Of a stretch of DNA of 64,000 nt, positions 24,111-38,030 are shown piece by piece. Position 1 is the stretch's first letter. The number at the start of each line of letters is the position of its first letter. Source of the stretch: the human T2T-CHM13v2.0 reference genome, Homo sapiens. Position numbers and translations under genes: made by a program. A model generated the notes under the pieces. That model saw only the letters and a program-made list of their open reading frames with translations. It was not told the origin of the DNA and did no database searches. The stretch lies in the NCBI RefSeq assembly GCF_009914755.1, contig NC_060929.1. One strand, written 5' to 3'.

Positions 24111-26209
24111 AACAGCTATGCTGTGACTAAATTAAGGAAGAGTTGATCAGAATTAGTAGAGGTTCCAAAGTACTTAATATTTTTAATAAAATACAGTTTT
24201 GTTTTAATGTGAATTTGTTGAAGGACACCCATTGGCATCCAAACAATGTTGTCAATTCTTTAAACATTTTGAATTAAGTATAATTTAAATATGCTAAAAA
24301 ACTTACAAGGAATTCAGATTGCACACCTCCATTTTAAATAGATATTCAGTTTAAGCTCCACCTCTAAACAGTGATAGATCAAAATCAAATTAAATAAATT
24401 CTAAAACTAGAAATTTCAGAGTTAATAAGTTTCTACCAATAAATAGAACAATCATTCATTTTTCCTCCTATGCAAAAAGCAATTAAGGGCCCCACAAGGC
24501 CTCAGCCAATTCTATTTTCACAAAAGCATAAAGAAAAACTTAAATTTGTGGTAATGTAGTCAATTAATTTTAAATATTACTTCTCCAATGGACAGTATAG
24601 GAAGTAATTACTCTTCTATCTGGAACTTTTTATCTCCTACCTGTTAGATAATTCTAGATATTGTTCGCATAGTCTTTTTATAAAGTGTTAGGGAATACAT
24701 AACTTGGACCTGCTTCTTATATTACTTAAGTATATCTCTTCCAAAATCGTAGTGATCACAGTCACTTGATCTATAAAATGGTTTCTATCATGACCCAATC
24801 TCATTCTAGATCCTCTTCATAATTTTGAAAGAAGAATTTAAGGATATTAACAAAGTTGATACATTTTCAGTTCACATGGACGCTACTCAAGACATGGGGA
24901 TGAATGGTATTTCTTCAGTAAAGCTAATATATCACACATCACAGAATCTGTGAGAATATCTGATATCTATAGAAAGATTAAAGCGAATTTTTTTAAGCAT
25001 GTTTTTTTTTTCCAACTGTTGCAGATGTTCTCAGATGCAAATGCATTTCTGGAAAAAAAATATATGTGAGATGTTTCTTTGAATGACACAGGAGGACAAT
25101 TTAAAAATCTGTCCTGGAATCTCTCAAATTAGTATCTGAGACCGGATCCTTGAGAATTAGAAAGGTCCATGAGAATTGTTTTTTGTATATTATCCCTCAT
25201 TTTGATGGTAAGCTTAAAAACAAATACTTTACCAGTTATAAAGAAACTCTTTTGAAGTGATCATTCACAATTGAACAAACTACTTTTAGACATTAAACAT
25301 GTGTTCCATAAATCATCTCTTCTCCAACCAGGGTTCAAGGATGTACATCCAAATGCACAATGAGAACGTCTTTTTCTTTTAAAAGGTGTGTTCATCATTC
25401 ACCTTTGGACATCAATAATTGTAGCAATGTATTCAGTGCCTTAAACCTGATAGCAAGAGATGATAACTATAAAATAATTCTCCATTAGGAAGTTTAAATA
25501 AATACAAAACATTATTTTGGAAGCACATAGAAGAACATAGTGACAATGGCACAGTCTAGCTGTATTTTCATGTAGTGTCAGTGGAATCATTTTGACTGAC
25601 CTCAAAGGGTGTACCAGTGGGACAAGATAGAAGAATCCTACCCCATCATGAAAGAGTATTTTATCACTAAAAGGTTGAATATTGCTGAGGCATGGTTATA
25701 ACATAAATCAGAGTGATTTTATTTGGTTTTATTATTGTTTTTAAATTCTTTACAGACATAGATCCCTGGATAGCCTGTGACTGGGCTGGACTACTCCCAC
25801 TGGTCCACCCCTTGGTGCATGGCTGCTGACCTTACCACATACAGAATGCAGTCAAAGACTCACGCCAGCTATTCAATAGACAGAGACTCTCAGTGGGAAA
25901 AGGAAGACCACTGTCTGAAGATAATCTTTAAAATAATCCAACTATGTAGAAGCTTAAAAATCCCAGTGGTAAAGGAAGGGAGAGGGCAATAGATTGAAAG
26001 TAGATGGGAAAATGTGCAGGAAACTCAGTATTCTCCATAATTGTCTCCAATATATTGCTACCTCTTTGTCTTACCCTATCCTCAATAATTTAATTTGTAA
26101 CTTCAAAACTTTGTCAAGGGTTTCTAAGTAGAAAAGCAGGCCATCTCTGACATATCAAAATAGAGATAGCCAGGCATATTTGTCACTGTCAAAGAAGAGA
26201 ATTACAATT

Positions 26210-26304
26210 ATGGAAAGAAGGAAGACTGGAACTCTGACTGAAGGTATCCATATGAACTCATGGAAGGATGGACAGATAAGTAGATAGTTAATGAAATAGA
26301 TACA

Positions 26305-26339
<35 letters not shown>

Positions 26340-27670
26340 AGGTGTGTGTATGTGTCCAAAACAGCCTAGAAACAATGGTACTTCAGTAACAATAACCACA
26401 CCTATCATTCTTACTTTGGTTTCTAAATATTATTTTATACTAGAAGAAAACAGGACTTCTTGGAAAATTGGCTTATGCCAAGGTTGGGTCTGGGAAAATA
26501 CAAGATGTGCTTGGAACATCTTTAAGTCCAGAAAGAAAGAAATCACTCCCTTTATCCCCTTCCCCCCCAAAATGAGGACATGTTAAGATACACAAAAAAT
26601 ACTTTTGAATGGAGCTCCCATTGGCCAAATCTGGGACAAATTGTGCATCGTGATAAATAATAATACAATAGTAATAATTTAATTTAATTAAATGAATATA
26701 AGAATCCACAAGTCCATTCTAATATAAAGAAGTAAATAGATAGTTTAAAAGGGGAATTGAAAAGCTCATCTCTATAGAAAAAAATGCCAAGTAATGAATT
26801 TTTAAAAAATTTGAAATTAGAAATTCACCATGTGGAAATAATTATTGTAACATTTGACTCAAGCACAAATGATCAATAGATACTAAAACAAGAGGGTGAA
26901 TATTTGATGAGAAAAGATATTTACAAAGTCTGAAAGTATCTCCCCACAAGATACTTATTAATTATGGAGAAGGAGATAGTAACTATGGGAGAAAACTGGC
27001 AGATACCACCTTAACCAAATGATCAAAGTTAATTCACCATTAGTGGGACAAATGGACATCAAGTGCCTCCTGAGAATGACATAACATCACTTCATGGTAT
27101 TCCTGCTAAAAATGCCCAATCTGAATCTAATCATGAAGTAATACCAGACAAACAAAAAGATTGAGGGACATATTACAAAATAACTGGTCTATACTCTTGA
27201 AAAATGTCAAGGTCATGAAAAACAAAGAAATACTGAAGAATTACTTCAGAATAAAAAAGACTCAAAATGTATGACAACTAAATACAACACGTGATCCTGG
27301 ACCAGAACGAATATCTATTTTTCTATAAAAAACATTATTAGAATAACTGGCAACATGTAAGTTTTTTGTACTATCATTTACTATACACACACACACACAC
27401 ACACATACACACACAATTATAATTGAGTATAGTTTTGTATAAAAGCCAATTTCCTGATTTGTGTAATTATACTCTGGCTGTATAAAAGAACATTCTTAAT
27501 TTTTTAGGAAAATACACACAGAAACATTTAGATGTAAAGAGGCAATACTTACTCTCTAACAGTTTAACAAAAGGGGATAGGATGAGATTACCATTTAGGG
27601 AGTCTAGATGAAGTTTAATTACTTGTGCTGTTTTTTTCTGTCATTCTGAAATTATTTCAAAATAGAAAGT
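26210..27670 (+). mobile_element. L1MC4/L1MC5-like 3' region containing (TG)n (26308-26336) and (CA)n (~27385-27415)
   Basis: 'aaaactggcagataccaccttaaccaaatgatcaaagttaa', 'ttgagggacatattacaaaataactgg...aatgtcaaggtcatgaaa'. Confidence 0.8.
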
Positions 27671-27989
27671 TAAGAGAAAACATATCCCTCCAATATGGCG
27701 GAAATGTAAAAGATGGCACAGAAAATTTAGCTGCAGACGGGTTAAAGAATAATCTCAAGAGGTAATGGTGTTATTGTCAGTTTTCATAGGAAACAACAAA
27801 GGAGTCTTACCCCTTTCCATGGTTTATCTCCATAATCCTTAGAATGAGCTCCTACAGGTAAATGCAAAATAAGCATTGAATTAGAAAATTAAAAATGCGA
27901 AAGTATAGTAAGAAAACATTTTACCATCTAAAATGTATTTAAGTATTTAAACCTAGTGAACAACATCCAGGCAAACTGAAAGGCATCTC

Positions 27990-29669
27990 TAAGGTTATTT
28001 GTGAAAAGCAATTTACTCAACAATGCAAATGTGAAAGTAAGCCGATCCTTGGTGAATTCTCTTAGACTACAGCATCAAGGAGAAGTATCTAGGTGCTACT
28101 CAGGAGACAAGCGGATGTTTTACTCATCTTCAAAAATGTAGATAATGTAAAGAAGAGAAAGTTGCTTGACATTATACAAACAAAATTCTGAAACTGATTA
28201 CAATCTTCAAATATTTGGCACATAAAAATTAAAAAAGAGAGAGACAATTGCTGCAAGGATCACAAAGATCAAACTCAGCCAAACTAACCTTCTTCTTATT
28301 ATTTTTTTTCTGAGAAGCTTCCTAGCTAGACATACAAGTCAGGATGAAATCTATACACATGTATTTTGCCACCAAAAAGTTGTTAACAACATTTTACAAA
28401 TCATCATGAACAAGGTAGAAGGGTATGGGCTGATCCCCACATTCTAACACATTTGGCAGAAGGTAGGTTTAAAATCATTTAGATCATTGTTCTAAAGCTT
28501 GTTCAAACTGTAGGGAATGATCTAGTACTGTAAAGGATTCTATCCTATTCAGAAAGTAGACAATTGAAAGGCAAATATGCCAAATTTACTAGGGATGGCT
28601 TCAGAATTTAACTACAGAAGCACAAAAATAAAAAATATTTCCACAAGCTGGAATTATTGGTTGAAGCGAACGAGGCTATTGGTTCAGTAAATATTCTCCA
28701 GTTATAAAATATAAAAAATTTGGAAACTGCTGAAGATATAAAAAGTAAAATGTGTTATAATGGCCAACGCTGAGATGGACTTTGCTGATATTTTCATGAT
28801 ATTTCTTCTTATATTGTGTGTGTGTGTGTGTATGTATGTATTTTTAAATGAAAACATTCTGCATATCCATTCATTACTTCTTATATGCATATATGCACGG
28901 CATGCCTGCTAGCACCTGGCAATATTCTAGGTACTGGGGACAGTCAGCTATAAATAAAACAGACAAATACCCTTGAATTCATGAAAGTTACAGTTTAAAT
29001 ATAATTTAATATCTTATTGTCTTCTCAAGATTATAATGAAAGGGTCTTTCATGTTATTAAATATTTTTAAATGGCAGTAAATAACTGCAATGTTTCATTG
29101 GTGGTATGTATGACTCATTTATTCATTTTCTTATTGTTGGATGTCTAACTACTTTGAAATTTTATTGTCATAAACAATGCTAAGCTGTTTTGTGCATAAA
29201 TTATTAATTATATTCCTCATTTATATTATTAGAATATGACCCAAGGAATGTTATTAATGATCACCTCTTCCTCTTTATTTTCCATGGCTTCTGAAAAGAT
29301 TGTAATGACTATACTTATACCTAAACAAGTAATAAATAAATGCATTTGGCTTCCTTACCTTGAGTATTGAATCAACATTTGAAAACAAAGTAATCAACCT
29401 TTGGCAATTTGGTGAGTAAAAAATTATATTTTATTAAGCTTTCACTTTACATTTTTATTGTAATTGAGGACTAAATTTGTATATGTGTATTGGACATTAG
29501 TCTTCACTATTTTGTAAATTATCTGTTTATTTTTTACTGTTAGTAAGTGGAATGCTCATCTTATTTACATTAGTTATAAGCACACTCTATATAGGTAGGA
29601 AGAATAATCATTTGACAAGATGAACTTCAATATGGAAAAATTTTAAAAACAAAATTGAGGGTTGCGTTA

Positions 29670-29728
<59 letters not shown>

Positions 29729-30050
29729 TACAAAAGCAACATGGAGAATTTCTGACCTAATTGTACTTTATTTTGATTTCCAAATCTAAAGTTTTCAGAT
29801 CATATAAAAGTAAATGATGACCAACACTGAAATACATGAAAGAAAAAAGCCCTTTTATATTTTTTATATTAAGAAAAAGCATGTGTTCAAATGTGGGAGT
29901 TAACAGTTTTACTCTTCTTTAAATGTGAAAAAAGCCCACTCATATTTGGATGCACATTTTAAGTGGGACATTGACATACAAAGGCTTTTCTGGAGGAGAG
30001 TGACCAGAAACAGAATACAATTTAAAATTATATTGTGTCAGGATAAGTAG
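27990..30050. mobile_element. Very old L3/CR1 remnant with nested L1ME (minus, ~28700-29600) and L2 fragments
   Basis: CR1-like 'cacattttaagtgggacattgaca...ggagagtgaccag'. L1ME-like 'ttattgttggatgtc...taaacaatgct'. L2-like 'ctaggtactggggaca'. Confidence 0.45.
29671..29726 (+). repeat. (TC)n(CA)n compound microsatellite
   Basis: Directly visible. Confidence 0.97.
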
Positions 30051-31859
30051 AAGTGGGAATACTTATATTTACAAATGTAGTTTTTTTCTCTTTCCCACTC
30101 AGAATAGGAAGGTAGTGTGTACCAGAATAGTATAATTTTGTGACCCTCTAGGGCCTTGAGCTGTGACAGCCTCTATATGTGGTAGAATTTTAAGATGATT
30201 ATTGAGTGCATGTATAAATGAATGAATTAATGAATCAACAAGTGAGCCAAGATCAATGAGTAGAAGTTATGGTATATGCGTTTTTCACCAACTTTCTAAG
30301 CATTAGATTTTCCCAACAAAGGATGTGCTTCCTTAAGCAATAGTGAGCACCGTGAGATTCTGATGCAACTGTCAAATATAGAGAAGAGATTGGGTAGATG
30401 GAGAGAGAAGCCAGCATTCAGCCAAATATTTAGTAAGGCCACGCTTACCTTCATAACTTTTAAACTCTTTGAGAAAAGACAACTATTATATATCATTTAA
30501 AAGTCAAAAAAGAAATGAATAGAATTAAATGGGAAGCTGAGAAATAACATAGAAAAAAATTCTATGATTTCAAGCCTGAGGTGAAGGCAAGAGGTTGAAG
30601 AAGAGATTATTTGAAAGCAGAGCATTTGAAACTCTATTTCAAGTGGGAAACCTGAGTGTCAAAGGCTCAGATTTTAAAATATCTTGAAATAATTTAGATC
30701 AGTGTATACCACTTTTGCATTATAGAATGGAATCATAAATTTGAATGTGATACTTTGCCAAAATGTTGAATGAATAGAAAATGTTAGTGAAGTACATTTC
30801 ATTCATATTCAAATTTGGGAGGGGGGGTTCTGTGGATAATAAAAAATAATAAATATAAGGTAGGTTCTTATTATCAGTAGGATTCATCATTAAAACATAG
30901 CTGGCTTGATAGAATAAGTTATTCTAGAAAATGGGGGTATCATTGACATAAGACTCTTCCTCTAAACTTTTATACCTAATACATTAACTGCAATCATGTT
31001 TCCAGCCAAATTAATCAAACAGATATATAAACTATTTAAGACGTTTGAGTAGGAAAGCCAGAGCCACTCTTTGTAGGCTCAGTCTGCCAAAAACCATTGG
31101 AGGCGTCTCTATTTCTAATATTAGATACTACAATTGGACCTCCGCCTCCTGCCTCCAGATAACTACTCAGTAGGGCCGACTTTCAGCTTATGTGAAGATA
31201 GAGGAGAACAGGATTTGTGACATTCTGGGATTTTGCCAGAATTTAGTAGGTGGTAGAACTAAGGCTGAAGGCCAAGTGACAAATCCACTAGATAGCTGCA
31301 CAAAACATACCCTCATGCTTTTGTTGATTAAAGTGTTATATTATTTTTCTGAGCATGGGGGTAGGGAGGAAATAGTCTACTTTTTTGAAAGTGTCTCTCC
31401 AAGAAAAATAATTCCAAGTTAAGGCTGGTATACTGTGAGGGGGAAAAAACTAAAATAAAAAGCTTAGCTGTAGTTCATTAACTTTAATTGGTTTTTGTTG
31501 CCTCTCCTCAGGTTTCCTGGATCTTTCAGCCATCTCCTCCCCCAACTCTCTGCTTCCCCTTCTTCTACCTCTCGCCTCCTCCCCCTCCAATCTGGCTTTC
31601 CCTCCTTCCTGGCAGCATTTTTAGCTTTAATTTGATAGTAAAAAACTGAATCCAAAGTTACAAAATTCTTCAGATTCAACTTCTTTGAAAGAAAAAGAAG
31701 TTTTAGAAAAAGAATAGATATTGCAGCTTCTAACCAGAACTCCTTCCGAGGCACATGTCCCCCACATGTGGCAGGTGCCCTATGAAGGTGAAACAGATAA
31801 TATTCATTCAGGAAATATTCCCGTATTTAAAAATGGGTTTTCTTTTTTAGCTCTTAGAA

Positions 31860-32250
31860 CAGCCACTTTTCTGGGCCCCAGAGATAAGAAGGGAACAAAA
31901 CAAAGTCCCCATTCTCATTAAACTTACGCTCTACTGGAACAACAGACAAAAACAAATGACCAAACCAACATATTAAAAATGGTTAGTGATAAATACTATG
32001 AAAATACATAAAGCAGGGAGAAGGAATTAAGAGTGTTGGGATGCTACTTTTGAGACTATGGTCAACAAAGGTTTTTCTGAGTGTGTGATTCTTGAGCAGG
32101 TGCTTAATGTGAGACTATAAGCCATGTGACCTTCTGGAGGAACAGCATTCTAGGCAAGGGAACAGCACATGCTGCAGTAAAAGGGTCAATTTATCTGGAG
32201 TGCAATGAGCAAGACGGAGATGGGAGAGAAAAAGCTCAAAGATAAATGAA
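31860..32250 (-). mobile_element. L2 fragment
   Basis: 'gtgataaatactatgaaaa...aacagcattctaggcaagggaacagcacatgc'. Confidence 0.7.
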
Positions 32251-33139
32251 AGAAAAATATTTAAAAATTGAATAGCTTTTACATTCATCTTTTACCATTA
32301 GAGAGTTATCTGTATGCTTAAGTATTCTGCAATAGCCACCAAATCTATAAGGCTCAGAATAATTGCTATATGGAAATTTCCTGAGCATTTAATTCTGAAA
32401 CACATGCCTTTTAGATCTCCGCTTCAAAGTCTCTACCCCAATCATTACAGAAAGCTAATCTTTTCAGAGTCTTAATTCAAAAATGAGGTGCTAATTTTGG
32501 TTTCAGGGTAAGAAGGAAGATGAGACTGAAATGTATACCTGAACAATGTAGTTGATTCTTATTTACAGATAATTGACCCATCCAAATTTAATTTTTAAGT
32601 GAATTTGCATGAACTACATATTTCTTCCACCTTTTATTTCTACTAAATCCCATATGGTTGGAGTCAAGTTGATTCAAACATAGTCCATAACACCTTAAAT
32701 ACCCACACATGCAGACACACACACACTTACAATTTTTATACTCAAATAGAAATGTATGTGTATGGTATGTGTATCTGATACCCCAAGCCCATGAGAAACA
32801 AGATTGTTTTTAATTGTAGCTTCAGAGAATGTAAGCACCTGCCTTTTTTAGATTCACTCAGAACTCCCCAAATATATAGATTACTTTCAAACCAAAGCAA
32901 AGGGAAGGGAATGTTAAATTGCTTTTAGGTGCACTGGATGATTTCCATTAGTCTTCACTTATTTTAAGCCCAACACACACACAAGTGCTAATTTTCATCA
33001 CTAGTGTAGTCCAACCTGATCTACCCAGGCATAATTGCACCTAAACTTCAGACTTAATTCAATGCTTCCCAATGGAAGTAACAGCCAAATTTGGAAAGAG
33101 AGAAAAAAATTTGGAGAAATAAAACACTGCAATAATGGC

Positions 33140-33310
33140 TAGACAAAGAATACTGCTGTGGAGAACTGTGTTCTAGCTCTGGTACATGACCATTGGAAAG
33201 TTATTTCACTTCTGTATATCTCAGTGTCCTTATCTGTATATCTGTATAATGAGCATATGCTTAATTGATTGATGATTTTTAAGACCTAGTTAAGTTTTAA
33301 AATGCTATCA
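33140..33310 (+). mobile_element. MIR/MIR3 fragment
   Basis: 'ttctagctctg...aagttatttcacttctgtatatctcagtgtccttatctgta'. Confidence 0.65.
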
Positions 33311-33647
33311 TTGAACTTTAACGGGATTCAAAAAAGATGAAAATAAATTCTTAGATAATAAATCTATATCAATAATTTATTTTTCCTTTGTGACACTGTA
33401 TTAAACAGAATGCTGGTTAAGACTGGTAATTGCTCCTTACAGAAAACAGATTTAATGTAAGAGTAAGTAGGAAAGTAAGAGAAAAATGGGGAGAGATTTT
33501 GCAAAGAAGAGATAAAGAGAGCTTGGAAGGTGAACTGAAAACAAAATCTGTAGCGCAGTACCCACTGAATTATGAGAGTAGAACAAGAAAAGCAGAAGTC
33601 TATGTGGTTCAACACTTGAGAAAGAAGTCCTATTAATAATAGCAAAA

Positions 33648-33955
33648 GCAGTATCAGGAAATGGGCCTTTTTGAAGGTAATTAGGTTTAGGTGAGGTCAT
33701 GAGTGTGGACCCCCATGATGGTATTAATGCCCTTATAAGAAAAGGAAGAGACATCAGAGATTCCTCTTTTTGGCATGTGAGGATACAGAGAGAAGGCATC
33801 TATATGCAAGCCAAAAGAGAGCCCTCACCCAGAACCAAATCTGCCAACACCTCCATCTTGGACTTTCCAGCCTCCAGAACTATGAGAAATAAATGTCTGT
33901 TGTTTAAGCCACTCTGTCTATAATATTTTGTCATAGTGGCCTGAGCTACAACATA
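33648..33955 (+). mobile_element. MLT1A-like MaLR LTR, 5'-truncated
   Basis: 'ggtaattaggtttaggtgaggtcatgag...tcttggactttccagcctccagaactatgagaaataaatgtctgttgtttaagccac'. Confidence 0.85.
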
Positions 33956-34098
33956 TTCATTGTCACATTGTTCCATGAGCCATTGAATGAGAAAGTTTAT
34001 CTATTAAATGAATTTAGGACCCAAATGCTGTGTATTTTTATTTGCAGTCCTTCAGAGAGAGAAAAACTCCCTTAGAAACCCATATTAAAAGAAACGTG

Positions 34099-34144
34099 CA
34101 CATGTATCCCAGAACTTAAAGTAAAATAAAAAATAAAAGAAAAG
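34099..34144 (+). mobile_element. Ultra-short L1PA 3'-terminal insertion with 12-bp TSD
   Basis: CACATGTATCCCAGAACTTAAAGT plus an A-tail, flanked by AAAAGAAACGTG (34087-34098) and AAAAGAAACATG (34145-34156) at a TT/AAAA site. Confidence 0.85.
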
Positions 34145-35844
34145 AAAAGAAACATGGGGAAAAAGGAGCAAGAGGAAGTTGAGAAGAAAATTCAAGAAGG
34201 TGGTGCTACAAGGGCTTCTCAATTTTGTACTTTTTCCTTTCAACATTTTCTCTCCTGGACCCAAGAAACATCAAAGGACTTTGTATTCTCCAGTGAATGA
34301 AGGATAAAAATTAGACATGGAGACACTTGGTTTGGCAGAGCAGGGTAAGTATTCTAAACTAAGGGGTTGACACTTGAAAGTTTCTTTGTCCAGAGACCAC
34401 TATTCCCTCCAATAACAAATGGCTTGTGTTTGGCAGAAGTAATGTTCAATCTATAACCATAGATGAAATAGAAATGGTCACTCACATCAAGGTTTTTGCA
34501 AAAGTGAATAATTGGCCAGGTGTTTTTTTAAATAATTCTTAAACTACTCTTTCTGTGGATCTATGTTTCCTAGAATTTTCTCCTTCTTAATCTCTTCAAT
34601 CATATTGAACCTAGGCCTTTGTCCTCACTATCAAGGACAATTGTCAGGAAAAAAATCTGACTCAATAGCAATTTTATCTTTTCATTCATTTTCTTATTCA
34701 CTCATTCTTTTCACTCTTGGTTATATTTCCATTTTAATAGGATCCAAGCTAGATAAATTACATTCCAGAAGTGGGATTTCAGATAACATTCAGCGTGGAG
34801 TGCAGGAGTTGAAATGGTGAGGGTAAACAAGGAGACAAGTTCAAAGAGTGAGTGAATCTAATTGTGATATTGGATATCCCAAGATATAAATAGCTTACTA
34901 TTCTGCCCAAGGAGAAGATGTGCCATGAACACTGAAAACTTGCTCCTGTCATCCCCCAAGTTATAGGTTCATACATGAATAATCAGTCTTAGAAGTATAA
35001 AATTGCAAAATATATTTTTGAGAAAAATATATTAATAGTAAATTATTATGTCAGTAGCCACACATAGGGATCAAAGCTATTGAAAAATGTATTCTTATAC
35101 CTTCATCTCATGATGTGTGTGCAGCTCTGTGCAATGAGAATTGTAATAATGACTTTTAAGAAATTTTGTCAATAGATTTGAGAGAAATGCTTTACTTTGA
35201 CTAGATATTTTAAAGCTAGAAAAGAAATAAAGACCCCAGTAAGGGTAAGATTGAAAGATAAATAAAACTTTTCATTTTCTTATAACACTTTTCCTCAAAT
35301 ACATTTATGAATATGTTTTCCTACCCCTATAAGTTTTAGTAAACATGAATCAGATTTTAATGATTAAGAATATCACGGTACTCAAGATTACCATAGCATA
35401 TATGAAATTATTCTCATTCAGTAGTGAAACTATATTTGTAGTAGGGATAAGAGGTTGAGTTGACTGATTTTCAACACCAGAATATACTCTTAAAAACTAT
35501 GTGCTGTTACAATTTGGTTTTATCATTATTTTCCTTTTTCTTATAAAAATAGAACTCTTAATTAAAGGTTCCAATTAATAGTCAAACAATTGAGAAATGA
35601 ACACACACACACACATATATATGCATATGTGTACATCTATGTATGTATGTATATATTTCTTTTATAGTTCTTCATAGTGCCTTACCTGGTGTTCTGTATA
35701 TAGAACACACGCAAATTGTTGTTTTCTGAAAGAATAATGCTTCATCAATGTGGGCTCAATATTTGTCTCAATGGTACCAAAAGTCTCAAGTCTTGATGGT
35801 TGACAATTTCCAAGGCAAATTCATGCTAATAATCTTTGTTACTG

Positions 35845-36080
35845 CAGCTCTGATCAAAAGAGCATAGGCTTTACACCGGGGTTCAAATTTTGGCTCTGTT
35901 AATTACACATTTTGTGGCCTTGGGCAAGTTATTGAAATTTACTGAATTTTAATTCTCTCATCCATAAAATAGGGGTAATAGTACATGCTTCAGTGTGTTG
36001 TTCTGAGGATTAAGTAAGACAGTGTGTATAGAACAGCTGAAAGAGTGTCCATCTTGGAGTAGATGTTTAACTGTTGTTAA
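35845..36080 (+). mobile_element. MIR SINE
   Basis: 'gggttcaaattttggctctg...ccttgggcaagttattg...tctcatccataaaatagggg'. Confidence 0.85.
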
Positions 36081-36553
36081 ACTCTTTTCCCTTTTTTTCC
36101 TTCCACAGAGGTGGCTGAATATGCATGGCTTTTATTTACAATATGCTATTGTAGGGTTAGTCATTAGAGAACTTGAGGACATAGGATCAGTTTTAGAGCT
36201 AATTAACTGCATGTTTTATACTCTAACTTCTAAAGTCACGTATCACTCTTTTATTGTCTAAAAACAACTGTACTCCTCATCATTTCATGAAGTTATCACA
36301 GAGGTTTTTCCCTTTAACCAGTCTCAACATTGTTCTTTGAAGTGTGTCATACACATTCTTGCTTTTATAAACTAAATATTACGAATATAATCTTTGTATC
36401 AACAAATATATTTTAAAAGATTAGTCTTTGCCAAGCAAGATGGTTAACTATTGGATAAAAAGATTAACAAAGACAAAAAAGCAGTCCCAGCCCTCTCAGA
36501 ATTCACAGGCCAGTCAGAGAGATGAGGATGTGAGGAAATAATTATGCTACAAG

Positions 36554-37210
36554 CAGGCCCATTCCTAACATTTGCTAGACCTGAGAATGAATATGAATAG
36601 AGGCCCACATACCAGATGCCTAAATATTTAAAAGTTACGAATTAAGCTAACAAACAGTTGAGTAAAATATGTTTTATTTTGATGCCTTGACAAATATACC
36701 TTCTTAACAATATGACCTACCAGGTTCAAGTTTAGAATTCCTGGATTCTTTAGAGATCAAGGCTGGAAAATAATACCATCAAAGAAACTGTCCTCCAGGC
36801 CCAGGCCTGTATTGTTCCTTAATTCTTACACTACCCCATTCCCAATTCTGCCTTTTACCATGAAAGCCCTTGGACACATGCGTGTGGACACCCTAGGCAA
36901 CAAGTTTAATTTCCATCCACAATACACATTCTCTTCATCCTTCAGACCTAGTGGTGCTTGCACCAACTACATGGACAACTCTCAGATGCAAAGACCCAGG
37001 AAAACGATTCCAGGCAGTTTCTCCAAGGGGATTGTTACTGTTTGGGTAAAGAGTTTTATAATCCCAGGTATTCAGAGCATGATTCAAAAAGAGAGAGGCT
37101 AGGACTTTGGGTAGCACACCCCTTGGACCCCAAGATCGTCTCTCCAGCTAGAGGAGGGCCAGAGACCTTTAAATCAGGGCCCTTCTCATCCAGGTCTGGG
37201 GATGGCACTA
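36554..37210 (+). mobile_element. hAT-Tip100 DNA transposon (FordPrefect-like) nested in L2
   Basis: 'gaggcccacataccagatgcctaaatatttaaaagtta...ccttgacaaatatacctt'. Degenerate TIRs CAGGCCCATTCC...GGGATGGCACTA. Confidence 0.6.
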
Positions 37211-37214
37211 ACTA

Positions 37215-38030
37215 CAGCTATCAAATACGGGTGTCCACAAAAGGCCAGTGGATCTCTGAATAGGAGAGTATAGCTTTTCTTCACAGGAGTGGGAGAGTTT
37301 TCAGAGAAAAGATGGCATTTGAGCTGGGTCTTACAGCATAAGTGGGAGTTTACTGTGTAGAGAAAGGAGGGACGGGCACTCCAGGAAAAGTAACAGCATC
37401 TGGGAAAACAGAGTTTGAAAGAGTGGCATATTCAGAGAATAGTGCGAAGCTCCTCGTCACTGAAGCGTAGGGGGCATGTGGGAGATGAGAAGAGATGAAG
37501 GTGGCAAGGTTTGTAGAGGGAAGACTGGGGAAGCATTGATCATGATGAATGTTGCTCTCCCAGAAGCCATTAGAGATGATACAATAGTAGCATGGTACAC
37601 TTTAGCACCAGCCTTGTGATTTGAGAGAGGACAGCTGACAGTATGAACTAGCACTGAGGAGATCAACTAATAGGTAGTTCCTCCCAGAAAAAAATCATGA
37701 AGCAGAAGCCCCCTGCCATCAATCACTAAGAGGATATGCATGCATGTTCTATAACTTATGAGACTGGATGGGGAGCATGAAGAAGGAAGAATAAGGTTTC
37801 AAATGTACGGTCACCCCCAAAACAAAGCAGTGAGAACTGAGACATAAAATTAAGAGATACCTAAGAGGAGCAATCAGTAGGACTTGGACGCAGAATGGGT
37901 AAGGAAGAGAAGGTTAGGACTAAGGAAGGTATGATGATGGTTCAAGCTTTGGTAGGCTATGATGCTGTTAACTGAGATGAGACTACGGGGAGAGGAGCAG
38001 GTTTTCTGTAGTTGACAAAATTCACTTCAT
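37215..38030 (-). mobile_element. L2 fragment continuing ~36400-36550
   Basis: 'gatggcatttgagctgggtctta...gggcactccagg', 'gatgctgttaactgagatg'. Confidence 0.7.

Noticed and set aside
30737-30816. 14-bp imperfect inverted repeat (AAATTTGAATGTGA / TCATATTCAAATTT)
   Set aside because: It is AT-rich, has one mismatch and a long spacer, and is compatible with chance.
31750-31780. E-box-rich quasi-palindrome GGCACATG...CCACATGTGGCAGGTGCC
   Set aside because: It is short and imperfect, and may be a decayed L2 3' end.
33364-33923. Stack of overlapping 68-115 aa ORFs
   Set aside because: They partly lie in an MLT1A LTR, have no recognisable domain and are at lengths expected by chance.
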